DNA of 64,000 bases, taken from Centroscyllium fabricii. Its lineage: Eukaryota. The translations under genes and the position numbers were made by a program. This document shows, piece by piece, positions 48,915-60,800 of the stretch (within the stretch, counting starts at the first letter, position 1; each line of letters opens with the position of its first letter). The stretch lies in the NCBI GenBank assembly GCA_051313645.2, contig JBNRSN020000007.1, positions 140,740,001 through 140,804,000 of the forward strand, read 5' to 3'. A model generated the notes under the pieces. That model was not told the DNA's origin. It worked only from the letters and a program-made list of their open reading frames with translations, and did no database searches.

Positions 48915-50341
48915 AACAAAAGATGAGTCTAGAAGAGGGGTAAAGTGGAATGGCAAAATCAGCAACAGCAGCCATGTAAAAAAAAAATAGGGGCAGAGGT
49001 TATGGTCTGAAATTGTTGAACTTGATGTTGAGTTCAGAAGGCTGTAAAGTGCCTAATTGAAAGATGAGGTGCTGTTCCTCGAGCTTGCATTGAGCTTCAT
49101 TGGAAAAGTGTAAGAGGCCGAAGACAGAGAGGTCAGAGTGGGAGTGAAGTGGAGAATTAAAGTGACAGGCGACCGGAAGCTCGGGGTTACACTTACGGAC
49201 TGAATGGAGAAGTTTCAGAGAACGGTCACCCAATCTGTGTTTGGTCTCCCCAGTGTAGAGGAGACTGCATCATGGGCAGTGAATACAGTATACTAAATTA
49301 CAAGAAGTACAAGTAAATCGCTGTTTCACTTGGAAGGAGTGTTTGGGGCCCTAGACAGTGGGAAGGGAGGATGTAAAAGGGCAGGTGTTGCATCTCCTGC
49401 GCTTGCACGCGAAGGGTGTTGTGGGAAGGGGAATAGGTGTTGGGGGTGATTGAGGAGTAGACCAGGGTGTCGCGGAGGGAGTGGTCCCTTCAGAATGCGG
49501 AAAGGGGAGGTGAGGGGAATATGTGTTTGGCGGTGGGATCACGCTGGAGGTGGCGGAAATGACGGAGGATGATCTGTTGAATGTGGAGGCTGGTGGGGTG
49601 AAAGGTGAGGCCAAGGGGAACCCTATCTTGGTTCTGGGAGGGAGGGGAAGGGGTGAGAGCCAAAGTGCAGGAAATGGAATGGACACGGTCGAGGGCCGTG
49701 TCAACCACAGTTGGAGGAATCCTCGGTTGAGGATAAAGGATGACATATCGGAAGATAGCATCGTCCGAACAGATGCGATGGAGACAGAGAAACTGGGAGA
49801 ATGGAATAGAGTCCTTGCAGGAAGAGGGGTGGGAGGAAGTGTAGTCCAGGTAGCTGTGGGAGTTAGTGGACTTATAGTGGATGTTTGTCGATAGCCTATC
49901 CCCAGAAATGGAAACAGAAGAGTCGGAGATGGACCATGTGAAGGTGAGGACAGGGTGGAAATTGGAAGCAAAGTGAATGAACTTTTCCAGTTCAGGGCGA
50001 GAGCGGGACATGAGGTGAGGAAAAGAGACCTAAGTAGGACTGGAACAAAGAATATTTCACATATCCCACAAAAAGGCAGGCATAGCAGGTTCCCATAGCA
50101 ACACCTTTAATTTGGAGGAAGTGAGTGAACTCAAATAAGTTGCTATTCAATGTGAGAACAAGTTCAGCCATATGGAGGAGGGTGAACTCTTATATCTTCC
50201 AGACAGCTTAATATTGTGAATAGAATGTAGCGAGCCACTTGGGCATGTTTCAAAGAGAATAATGAACTGTTTTTAATTCCCCTGTCAATGCATACCTTTG
50301 CATGTTAGATATAATGAATAATGTTTTCTCTTTCCACAAAG

Positions 50342-50462
50342 GACATGCAGACTCCAAAGTTATGGACTTACAATGCATATTTTACAACCAGGAATATATG
50401 GACTGTATATGGCAGAATGGAACTCGTGCACCACATGATGTCAATTACGCACTCCATTATTG
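50342..50462 (+). CDS. IL13RA2: IL13RA2 exon, D2 first half
   Basis: GHADSKVMDLQCIFYNQEYMDCIWQNGTRAPHDVNYALHYW; class I cytokine receptor C-x9-C-x-W; 121 nt, phases consistent. Confidence 0.93.
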
Positions 50463-50666
50463 GTATGTACGACAACACTGACAGCTCAATAAAATAGTAG
50501 TTTCATGTAAAGGGAAGTATACTGACACAAGATGTCACAGGCATCAGAAAGGAACACAGAATTACTCCATTTATTAATGTTCCCAATGAAATATAATCCA
50601 TATTGTTGACCTTATATTATATCAAATAGACATTTATAATTAAAGAGGAAGTGTGTCTGAGACAAC

Positions 50667-51351
50667 GGGCCAGAAATTCGGGTGCCTCGCACCATTAGCA
50701 CCCGCACGGAGGGGGGCCGATTTCCCCGTGCTAGCCATCGCACGGGGATAGCAAAGGGATCCGGGCTTTCCGATGCTGAGGCAGAGGAGGCCTCAGCATC
50801 CAACGCACAAAAGAATAGCACCCAAAAATCCCGATGTTTTTGGGTGTTATTCTGTGCGCTGTGGGCTAATGGGCCTGAATTAGCACGGGAAAAAAGCAGT
50901 CGTTAGCTGTGCGTTGGTGAGAGCAGTGCGTTCTTAAACAAGGTAAGTGACTATTTAGTTAATTAAAAAAAGTTAGAGAAAAAATCGCTGAGACTTACCT
51001 CCATTGAAAATCTGCTCTGGCCGCATTGCTCACTGCCGAGTCTGTGTGTGCAGCAGTGGGCGTGGTCCTAATCGAGGCCTCATGTCCCTGCTTCCTACGA
51101 AGTCCGACTGTGAAGCTGGGGGCGTTTTGTATTTAAATTAGGGATCAGTGGGCGGGGCATCACTCCAACGCACGCACGACGGCAGTGCATATATAGCGCT
51201 CCTAGCATGGCTGGACTGCCACGCAGCCCAGGAACGGGGCGGAGAACACAGGAAGATTTGGTCATAAAAAATGTCCGATTATGGTGCGGTGCGTTAGGGG
51301 TCCGCATGGTCCTAGCACCCGCATCAAACGGGAGAGTCTAATTTCTGGATC
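50667..51351. mobile_element. Harbinger-like MITE
   Basis: GGGCCAGAAATT / AATTTCTGGATC; TSD AAC. Confidence 0.7.
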
Positions 51352-51741
51352 AACATCTTGCGAGTTAAAGTGCTGTGTTGCTGTGGGAAATATAAAAAAA
51401 TATATACCAATTTAAACATAGCCACTTTAAAATTAAAAGGACATTTTTAACTAATCATCTAATATGAACAAATTCAGTGGTGCAACATCTTTTGTGTTAG
51501 AAAGGGTGGTCTGGTTGATGTTTAATGTGCCAATTTGAGAAAACCGAAGGAACGTACACAGTATTTAATAGATCGCCGCTAAAATTGCCAAACAGAAATG
51601 ATTAATTAAAAATGTATGCAACAGAATCAAAATATGGAAGCAGCTGAATTAAAATTTTGAATTAAAATTACCATTTTAAATTTTTATAGAAAGGCCTGCT
51701 TGCCAGAAAATAGTGCACATGGAAACTAGTAGGCTTATTGT

Positions 51742-52116
51742 ATAGAAACATAGAAGATAGGAGCAGGAGTAGGCCATTCGGCCCTTCAAGCCTGCTCCGC
51801 CATTTTGATGAGATCATGGCTGATCATCCAAACCCAGCACCCCCCCTCCTACCCTCTCCCCATGTCCCCCGACACCCCCACCTCTAAGAACTATATCTCA
51901 CACACATACTCATGGGCAATTTTTAGTATCTCCAATTCACCTAACCTGCATGACTTTGGGTGGTGGGAGGAAACCGGAGTACCCGGAGGAAACCCACACG
52001 AACACGGGGAGAACATGCAAACTCCACGCAGAGAGGTCCCGGGCCAAGCAGGATTCGAACCCAGGAGCTCCTTATTGCAAGGCAGCAGTGCTAACCACTG
52101 CGCCACCGTGTCGTCC
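51742..52116 (-). mobile_element. HE1-like SINE ending 53 nt before an IL13RA2 exon
   Basis: tRNA head with GGTTCGAATCC on -; CR1-type tail. Confidence 0.9.
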
Positions 52117-52169
52117 TGTTATATTGCAGTGACCTCCACTGTAAGTAATGAACTTTTAAATATTAACAG

Positions 52170-52354
52170 GCACAAAGAGCTGGAGCAAGCAGTGGAGTGT
52201 AATAGTTACATTAAAAATCAGGGGCATAGTGTTGGCTGCCATTTTCACAGTGACGATCTCATCGAGTTCAGTGATTTCAACATCTACATAAATGGCTCCT
52301 CAGAAATGGGGCTGGTGAGACCAGCATACTACACGTTACAGCTTCAGGATCTAG
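52170..52354 (+). CDS. IL13RA2: IL13RA2 exon, D2 second half
   Basis: HKELEQAVECNSYIKNQGHSVGCHF...INGSSE..RPAYYTLQLQDL; 185 nt. Confidence 0.93.
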
Positions 52355-52521
52355 GTAAGATGAGCTTATACCTTTCAATGAAAGCATTTTAATTTTCAAT
52401 TTGTTATCTTGAAGGCAGTGATTCATGTTGATTGCATTTCTGCAAGTATTAACAAACCTTAAGCACCACACCCAAATAACCACTCATGCCTCATCTCATA
52501 TGTCTTCATGTATGATTTCAA

Positions 52522-52921
52522 GGACAGCACGGTGGCACAGTGGTTAGCATTGTTGTCTCACAGCACTGGAGACCCGGGTTCAAATCCAGCCTCGGGTACT
52601 ATCTGTGTGGAGTTTGCACATTCTCCCCGTGTCTGCGTGGGTTTCCTCCGGGTGCTCCGGTTTCCTCCCACAATCCAAAGATGTGCAGGTTAGGTTGATT
52701 GGCCATGCTAAATTGACCCTTAGTGTTAGGGGGATTGAATAGGTGGGGTTACGGGGATAGGGTGGGATATGTGTCGATGCAGGCTCGATAGGGATGTGGG
52801 GAGAGGGCAGGGGCGGGGTGCTGGGTTTGGATGATCAGCCATGATCTCATTGAATGGCGGAGCAGGCTCGAAGGGCCGAATGGCCTACTCCTGCTCCTAG
52901 TTTCTATGTTTCTATGTTTCT
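52522..52921 (+). mobile_element. HE1-type SINE
   Basis: Near-identical to 8496-8899. Confidence 0.92.
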
Positions 52922-53505
52922 AAGGATCATTTAACACTGATCCAGTGTGATTTAACCTAGCGCAGGGCTGCTAAACCCAGTTATTAAACCTTAGCTGGCA
53001 CCCTGGGTGAGATCAGCTAACTTGGTGTAAACCAGCAAATGAGTCTGGCATTTCCCTGGTCTGTACAACATATAAGTGCTGCATTTACTCACTTTATCTT
53101 TGGGGCAACCAAATTGTGCTTTTTACAGAAAATTATGTAAATGTATCTACATTAATATTGGAAAAAACTTTACGAATAGTGCATTTCCCATCTGCAGCAG
53201 GTCCCCCAAGCACGACTTGAAGAGGAATAGCAAGTTACCTTGGTGTACTGGCTAACGTTCGTCCCTCAGCCAACACTTCTAGTTGCAAAGGGGGCGCTTA
53301 TCGCATCGATGTTCTCTCTTGTTTACACCAGGAACTCCAAAACAATAATTATTTATAGAAGTAGGGGGTAATTTTTGTTTCAGACGTATATTGGATGAAT
53401 GTGGGTGAGTGTCTGTTCTGCCTGCTTGATGAATTCAAAGGGAGGCCTAATCAATTTTTGTGGTTGGACTTCATTAACATTGAAAAGGTGAGCTGTCCAC
53501 TCTAA

Positions 53506-54282
53506 GGGGGGGATTTTGCCGGAAGTGCGGGAACCTGGTGGGGATTGGTCGGGGCGGTTTCCTGTCCCGCCTGGCCAAAGACCTGGGAACCCCACTCAAT
53601 TTTCATTTAATTGAGTTGTTAAATCCCCGCCTGCGGCAGCCGATGGTAATTGAATCAATCGAGTTGGGGCTGCAGTGGGGATGGAGCAGTTTGATTGACA
53701 GTTCCAGCACTGGTTGTTGACAGTTCCCATGGAAACACTCCACTGTGACATCACAGTCGAGTGGAACCAATGGGAAAGGTCAGGTGCTGGTGACTGACAG
53801 GTGGGCGGGCGGGTTTTGAATCCTTGACAGCTCGGTACCGGCTGTGAGGAAATGTGCAAAGCTGAGATTTCTCAGTTTTTGCCCACAGCTCGTGCATCCA
53901 CCACGGAGTTACTTACTCCTCTAAGCTGCTGGAGGCATGTCAAGCATTTGGCAGCATGTCCTCATGACCTTGAAGGAGGAAGTAATGACCAGCGCTGTGC
54001 TCCCGCTGGATTTCACCAGCGGGGTTTAAGGTGACGGAGAATGGGTGGGAAATGGCTAAGGGCCCTTAAAATGGCATTACAGATGCTAATTAAGGGCCCT
54101 TAACAACCTAAACAACCATCCCCGCTGGCCGCCGGCGGGAAAGATTTGGGGCGGGGAAAGAGGCCGTCTGAAAATGAAAAACCGGCGGGGATCCAGCGGG
54201 CTGGGGCGGGACCCCAAAATTTTCTATTTTCACCTCCCAGCTGCCCAAAACCCCGCCTCACGGGGACATGAAAATCCGCCCT
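53506..54282. mobile_element. Harbinger-like MITE
   Basis: GGGGGGGATTTT / AAAATCCGCCCT with TAA flanks. Confidence 0.65.
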
Positions 54283-55240
54283 TAATTGTGCTCCTTAGAG
54301 GCAGCTCGCCAATTGAGAGTAGGAGAAATCCGGTGGAGGATGGCTGCCCCTTAAAGGGAGGTGCATTTTTCAAACCACTTCCCATGGCTCTCCTCCAATC
54401 ACAATGGCTATATTGCAGGAAGCCACCAGACTGGCCCAGGTAGAGAAATCATTGCTTGAGGACTCCAAAGGCTTGTTCGGTGAGGGTTGTAGATGAGCCT
54501 TGGATCTGATTGTAGTTCGGCCACTGAGTATTGGTTTCTGGGAGAAATCATAAGCCAGGTGTGTAGGGGTAAAAAGTGGGGAGATGGAAGATTAGCACAA
54601 GGTAAAAGCATTGTGACAGCCGCCAGAAAAGCAGGCACACACCGGTTGCACATTAATTGAGTGGAAGCTCTTGCAATTCATGAAGGCAGTGGGATTGTGT
54701 GAAGATGACATGGGTATAGTCAATGAGGCCTTGGGCTTGGGGGAAGTCTGTAATCTGTGAGAACCCCAGAGCCCTATCCTGCTGCTTCCGTTTGTCCACA
54801 GGAAAAATGATGAAAGTGTTTGCTCTGGCAAACATGGCATCAGTCACCTGCTTAGTGCAAGCATGGACTGCAGACTTATGGATGTTGCTAATCCTAAAAG
54901 GAGTGGGAGGCACAGTTGAGAGCTACCTTGACCTTGACTACAACATGTAATACTGTGCTAGCTGTGGCAGCAGGTTGTAGGTCTTGTTGCAGGAGGTGAC
55001 AACTTCCCTAAAGAAGCGCAGCTTCCTTATGCACGACTCCTCACAGAACTGCAGGTACGTTGTCCTGGGTCAATAAGTTCTGTTGGGAGGGTGAGGATTC
55101 CTACAAGCTAAATACTGAATGAATGTAATTTAACATCATCAAACTTTATTCAGTCATATTGAATGGCCTCATAGATGTTTATCTTGCATTGAATAAATGC
55201 TTGTGGTTGTACTCATGAAGTACAATTGTTGCATTTTCAG

Positions 55241-55386
55241 TTAAGGCAGCAGCTCCAGACGAGGTCAACTTGACCTTATCAAGAACAGATACCATTTATG
55301 TCCAATGGGAGCCGCCTGCTGGCAAAATCAAGCCTCAGTGTCTGGAATATGAAGTTCAATTCCGAGGAAAAGACTCTGACTGGGAG
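55241..55386 (+). CDS. IL13RA2: IL13RA2 exon, D3 first half
   Basis: VKAAAPDEVNLT...WEPPAGKIKPQCLEYEVQF; 146 nt. Confidence 0.92.
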
Positions 55387-57042
55387 GTAGGTAAATTAAT
55401 CACCTGTACAAATGACACAAAACTCTGTACAGTCCCTTCTTGCTTGGCACAATAAGTTAGATATTCTGAGGTGAGGCTTTTGGTGATAAAGTCTCATCCA
55501 GTGGGTGCATGGATCAAAGAATGAGGCGTGAGATCCATTGCCCCCAGTCTCCCAATCATTATGCTTGTGAATCTGGCAAACTGACCTTTGTGCCCTGATT
55601 CTTCAATCGGCACTCCCATCAACCAAGGCTGCACCGAAGGCCTCAATCTACGTAAAATGTACAGCACAGAAACAAGCCTTTTGGCACAACTGGTCTACGG
55701 CGGCGTTTAAGCACCACCCCAGCCTCCTCCCACCGCTCAGGCTCGAAGGACCGAATGGTCTACTCCTGCACCTATTTTCTATGTTTCTATGTTTCTATGT
55801 TTCCACACCTCGCCCTATCAGCATATCCTGTCTTCCTTTCTCCCTCGTGTGCTTATCTAGCATTACCTTGCAAAATTGGCTCCAATTACCTAGTCACTGG
55901 AATGGTGTTCAAGAATTTCTTTCTGCTCCCTGGCCCATCTGCTGCTTTCATCTTCTGATTATTCTCTCTGTGGCATTGAAGCTATTTTAGTTGGAATGTA
56001 AGGTTTCATAGCTCACTCTTCCCCTCCCATCAGATCTGATACTGTATCTTGGTTCGTGTGGCATTCTTCTCCAGTAAAAATGCTGCCATTCCATCTGACA
56101 TCTTGATTAATGTGAAACATTCTGAGTCAATATCATCTCTACTCCCAACTTCTGCAAATCCACTGCTGCAGCTCGCAATTGTATTGAACAGAAGTGTCAA
56201 TTGCTGTTGGCTTGCTCCTCTAGCAGCTGGTCATTCTGGTCCCTGGCCAAAGCTGTCCCTTGGATTATATGAATCCATCCATCATCTGCCCTAATGGTTC
56301 AGCTGTTATGTTCTCTTTGAGAAATTTGATCTTTTTGGTGCTCATTTCTGCTTTGTTTCCACTGTGATTGAGTCCATGTTCAATCCTTGATTTGTCTTAA
56401 GTTAGCTGGTATGGTGCTAAGTGCCCTACACTTGACCACAGTGCCCCTGGTTTATGGAGAGGGTAATCAGTTAGGGTTCCCACTTCTGGTTGCTTGCATG
56501 CTGACAGTGCACCTGTAGACATCAGATGAAGATGAGACTGGGCTCAGCTGTGATATCCCCAGGACTGAACTGGTTGCTTGTCAAGGCTCACACATGAAGA
56601 ATGCCCACTTGGGTGAGTTACTGGAGGGTAAATAGCACCCCTGGAACTAGACCCTAGCAAGCAATCAACCTTGAGGAAGGGTTGGAGAAAATTTTCAAGA
56701 GAAAAAGATTGTTGCTTTGCTTCATTCTGTTCCAACATTATGCCCAATATTCAGTTTCATCTCTACCAGCTCTGTTGGTTGCTCGACATTTTGAACACCA
56801 GTAAGATCCAATGGTTTCCCTTGCATCACCTTCAAGATGTGTGCCTCCTAATTTAACCTCATCCTGTGTATCATTTCAATATTTCTTGCTTCCTTCTCCA
56901 CCTTTCCTTCTCTTTAGAAATGTTCACCCTATCCCTAAGAATGGTCATTCCTCTTGCCCTGAAATCCCTATTGTGCTAGCATTGGTACTTTCTAAAATCC
57001 TGGAAGTTAGAAGTTTTTTTTAAAACTGTGTTTTGTTTGCAG

Positions 57043-57190
57043 TCTAAAGTAATTCCTGAGGGAGCCACCTCTACGTTTCTGAATGTGACCGTGAAACCTA
57101 TGTACTGTGTCCGTTTGAGAGCCGCTGTTAATATGTTTTGTGCTGATGATAGCTTTTGGAGTGATTGGAGCTCTGTCCAATGCTTGCCAG
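57043..57190 (+). CDS. IL13RA2: IL13RA2 exon, D3 second half with WSXWS; transmembrane exon not in window
   Basis: YCVRLRAAVNMFCADDSFWSDWSSVQCLP; donor CAG|GTATGT. Confidence 0.94.
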
Positions 57191-57807
57191 GTATGTCTGC
57201 TCCTGAAAAATTGAAGTCTAGCATGAGAAAAGTTTGTGACAATTCCGTGATAAAAGCACTGTATAAAAATTAATGCAAATCTTTACAATTTTAAAAGTTT
57301 TTTTGCATATTTAGTTTATATAAAGAAAGGCTTGCATTTGTATAGCATCTTTCATGACCACAGGACACCACAAAACACTTTACAGCCAATTAGTTAATTT
57401 TGAAGCGTAGTCACTGTTGTAATGTAGCAAGCACACCAGCCAATTTGCGCACAACAAACTCCCACAAACAGCAATGTGATAAAGACCAGTGTGGTAATCC
57501 TGTATTTACCACTATGTATATATTGTTGTACCTGTAAAGGACCCTACTGTGTTAATACATTTACCTGTACATATCTGTGGATACCTGGCTGCAGGAACTG
57601 CCCCGCCTCTAACTCCTCCCCTCAGGTCGGAGTACATAGGTGGCCGCTCACCATTCCCCGGTCATTTCCTGTCCTGAGCTCAGCCAAAGACCAGCTCTGT
57701 ACCAGCTCAGTTTATAGTTAATAAAAGCCTTTAGTTGAGGTAACTATTCGTCTTTGAGTATTATTGACGATACGTCAATTTTATTAACTATTTTTGAAAA
57801 TGGATAG

Positions 57808-60800
57808 TGACGTATCGTCAATAGTCTAATAAAACCAAAGACACGTAGTTACCTCAACTAAAGGCTTTTATTAGCTTACAAAGGAGCTATGCTCCGATCG
57901 AACATCAGGTACAGAATGGATGGGGCAGGTCAGACCCCACCTATAAGGCACTCACCTGAGGGGAGGAGTTAGAGGTGTGGCTGACCTGACCCCGCGACAG
58001 TGTCGCAATACAAAGCAGTGTATCATGCACCCGGCCGCTATACATACAGAATAATATTGGGCAACAATATTAAGGTGGTAAAAGAGTACATATAACGGTT
58101 ACCACATTCACCCCTTCTTTGAAAATTAAGTCCGGCGGGGTGAATGGACAGAGCAGTTCATGATGAGTTTCTCCGGCGGTCGCGTCTGTCTGGAGGACCG
58201 CCGGGTCTCTGTCAGCGGCTCTGGTGCCTGCAGTGTCGGCGGCGCTGGTGTCGGTAGTGTCGGCGGCACTGGTGCCGGTAGTGGCGGCGGCGCTGGTGCC
58301 GATACTGTAGGCGCTGGGGCCGAGCCCTGCGGTTGCTGCTGTGCCTGCGGCTCGTCGTCCGGTTCCTGGTCCTCAGCTGGCAATGACGGGGGCTCTGATG
58401 CGTATGATTGTAACGGCCAGCCTCCGGTGGGTTGTGGGTGGTGTATCGGCCAGTGGTCGAAATGTAGTGGCTGGACGGACTGGGGCCCGACCAGGGGCTC
58501 TGCTGTGGTGCTCCCGGCGGGCGCTAGGTCCCTGATGGAGACGGTGTCCTCACGCCCGTCCGGGAACTGCACGTACGCGTACTGCGGGTTGGCGTGCAGC
58601 AGCTGCACCTTGTCTACCAGGGGGTCGGTATTATGGCCGCGAACATGCTTCCTAAGCAAGACCGGCCCCGGCATCGTGAGCCATGGTGGAAGGGCTGTCC
58701 CCGAAGTCGACTTCCTGGGGAAGGAAAAGAGCAAATCGTGAGGTGTGGCGTTGGTAGCCATACACAACAGAGAGCGGATCGAGTGCAGCGCATCAGGGAG
58801 GACTGCCTGCCAACGGGACACTGGAAGGCCTCTGGACTTCAGGGCCAGGCTGACCGCCTTCTAGATGATCCCGTTCTCCCTTTCTACCTGGCCGTTCCCC
58901 CGGGGGTTGTAACTGGTCGTTCTGCTTGAGGCAACCCCTTTCTGAAGCAGAAACTGACGCAGTTCGTCGCTCATGAACGACGACCCCCGGTCGCTATGGA
59001 TGTAGCTGGGGAGACCGAAAATGGCGAACAGCGTGGTGAAGTGTTTGATCACCATTGCGCTCGTCATATCTGGGCAGGGGAAGGCAAAGGGGAAGCGGGA
59101 GAACTCATCTACGACCGTGAGGAAGTACGAGTTGCGGTCGGTGGAGGGGAGGGGGCCTTTGAAGTCCACACTTAGACGTTCAAAGGGGCGGGTGGCCTTA
59201 ATGAGGTGCGCCGTGTCTGGCCTGAAAAATTGGGGTTTGCACTCGGCGCAAACAGGGCACTCTCGGGTCATAGCCTTGATCTCCGTGATGGAGTAGGGGA
59301 GGCTACGGGACTTAACGAAGTGGGCGAGTCTGGTGATACCCGGGTGGCAGAGGCGATCGTGGAGTTCCTTCAGCCGGTCTAGCTGGGCACTGGCGCACGT
59401 TCCCCTGGACAGTGCGTCCGGGGGTTCATTGAGTTTGCCTGGTCGGTAAAGAATGTCGTACTCGTAAGTCGAGAGCTCGATCCGCCACCGCAGGATCTTA
59501 TCATTCTTGATTTTACCGTTTTGTTTATTATTAAACATAAACGCGACCGACCGTTGATCGGTGAGCAGGGTAAAACGCTTACCGGCCAGGTAATGACGCC
59601 AGTAGCGCACGGCCTCCACGATGGCCTGGGCCTCCTTTTCCACTGCCGAGTGGCGAATTTCGGGTCCCTGTAGGGTCCGGGAGAAAAACGCTACGGGCCT
59701 GCCTGCCTGATTCAGGGTGGTGGCAAGGGCAAAGTCTGAAGCGTCACTCTCCACCTGGAAAGGGATGGATTCATCAACGGCGTGCATGGTCACCTTGATA
59801 ATGTCTTCCTTGATCCGGGCGAATGCCGTTTGGGCTTCTACCGAGAGGGGGAAGACGGCAGCCTTGAGGAGTGGTCTGGCCTTATCTGCGAACTGTGGGA
59901 CCCATTGTGCATAATAGGAGAAAAATCCCAGACATCTCTTCAGGGCTTTGGGGTTGTGAGGAAGGGGCAGTTCCTGTAAGGGGCGCATACGCTGTGGGTC
60001 GGGGCCGAGGACCCCGTTTTCCACCACGTATCCGAGGATGGCGATCCGATCTGTACTAAAGATGCACTTATCTTTATTGTACGTGAGATCATGCCGTTTC
60101 GCCGTGTGGAGAAATTTGGCCAGGTTGGCATCGTGGTCCTGCTGGTCATGGCCGCAGATGGTCACGTTGTCCAGGTAGGGGAAAGTGGCCTGCAACCCGT
60201 TCTGGTCAACCATGCAGTCCATCTCCCTCTGGAATACCGACACTCCGTTGGTAACGCCGAAGGGGACCCGGAGGAAGTGGTAGAGCCGACCGTTCGCCTC
60301 GAAGGCGGTGTACGGGCGGTCGGCTTTCCGGATCGGGAGTTGGTGATACGCCGATTTAAGGTCGATTGTGGAGAACACCTTGTACTGGGCGATCTGGTTA
60401 ACCATTTCCGAGATACGGGGGAGGGGGGAGGCGTCGAGCCCGGTGTAGCGGTTAATGGTCTGGCTGTAATCGATCACCATCCGCTGTTTCTCGCCAGTCT
60501 GAACCACTACGACCTGGGCCCGCCAGGGGCTGGTGCTGGCTTCAATTATCCCCACCCTCAGCATACGCCCGACCTCCGACCTGATAAATGCCCGATCCCC
60601 TGCACTGTAACGTCGACTCTTAGTAGCAATGGGCTTGCAGTTGGGGTCGAGGTTGGCGAACAGCGAGGGGGGGTCGACTTTCAGGGTGGAGAGGCCGCAA
60701 GTCGGGCTCCACTTTAGGAAGGGATTGTCCCGGCTACTGACGGTGAGGGGGGCCAGGGTCCCGCCGAACTCCATTGTCACGCTCTTAAGGTGGCACTGGA

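Larger units (their letters stand above)
46974..50185 (-). mobile_element. Second Penelope-like copy, split by a CR1 insertion
   Basis: 46974-47232 and 48915-50185 are collinear with 38253-39870; GIY-YIG C-terminus ORF at 49000-49233. Confidence 0.85.

Noticed and set aside
51805-52392. 195-aa ORF as one gene
   Set aside because: Antisense SINE read in frame into an IL13RA2 exon; only 52170-52354 is coding
54300-55100. Possible old LINE RT remnant
   Set aside because: Too decayed to assign family or boundaries by eye
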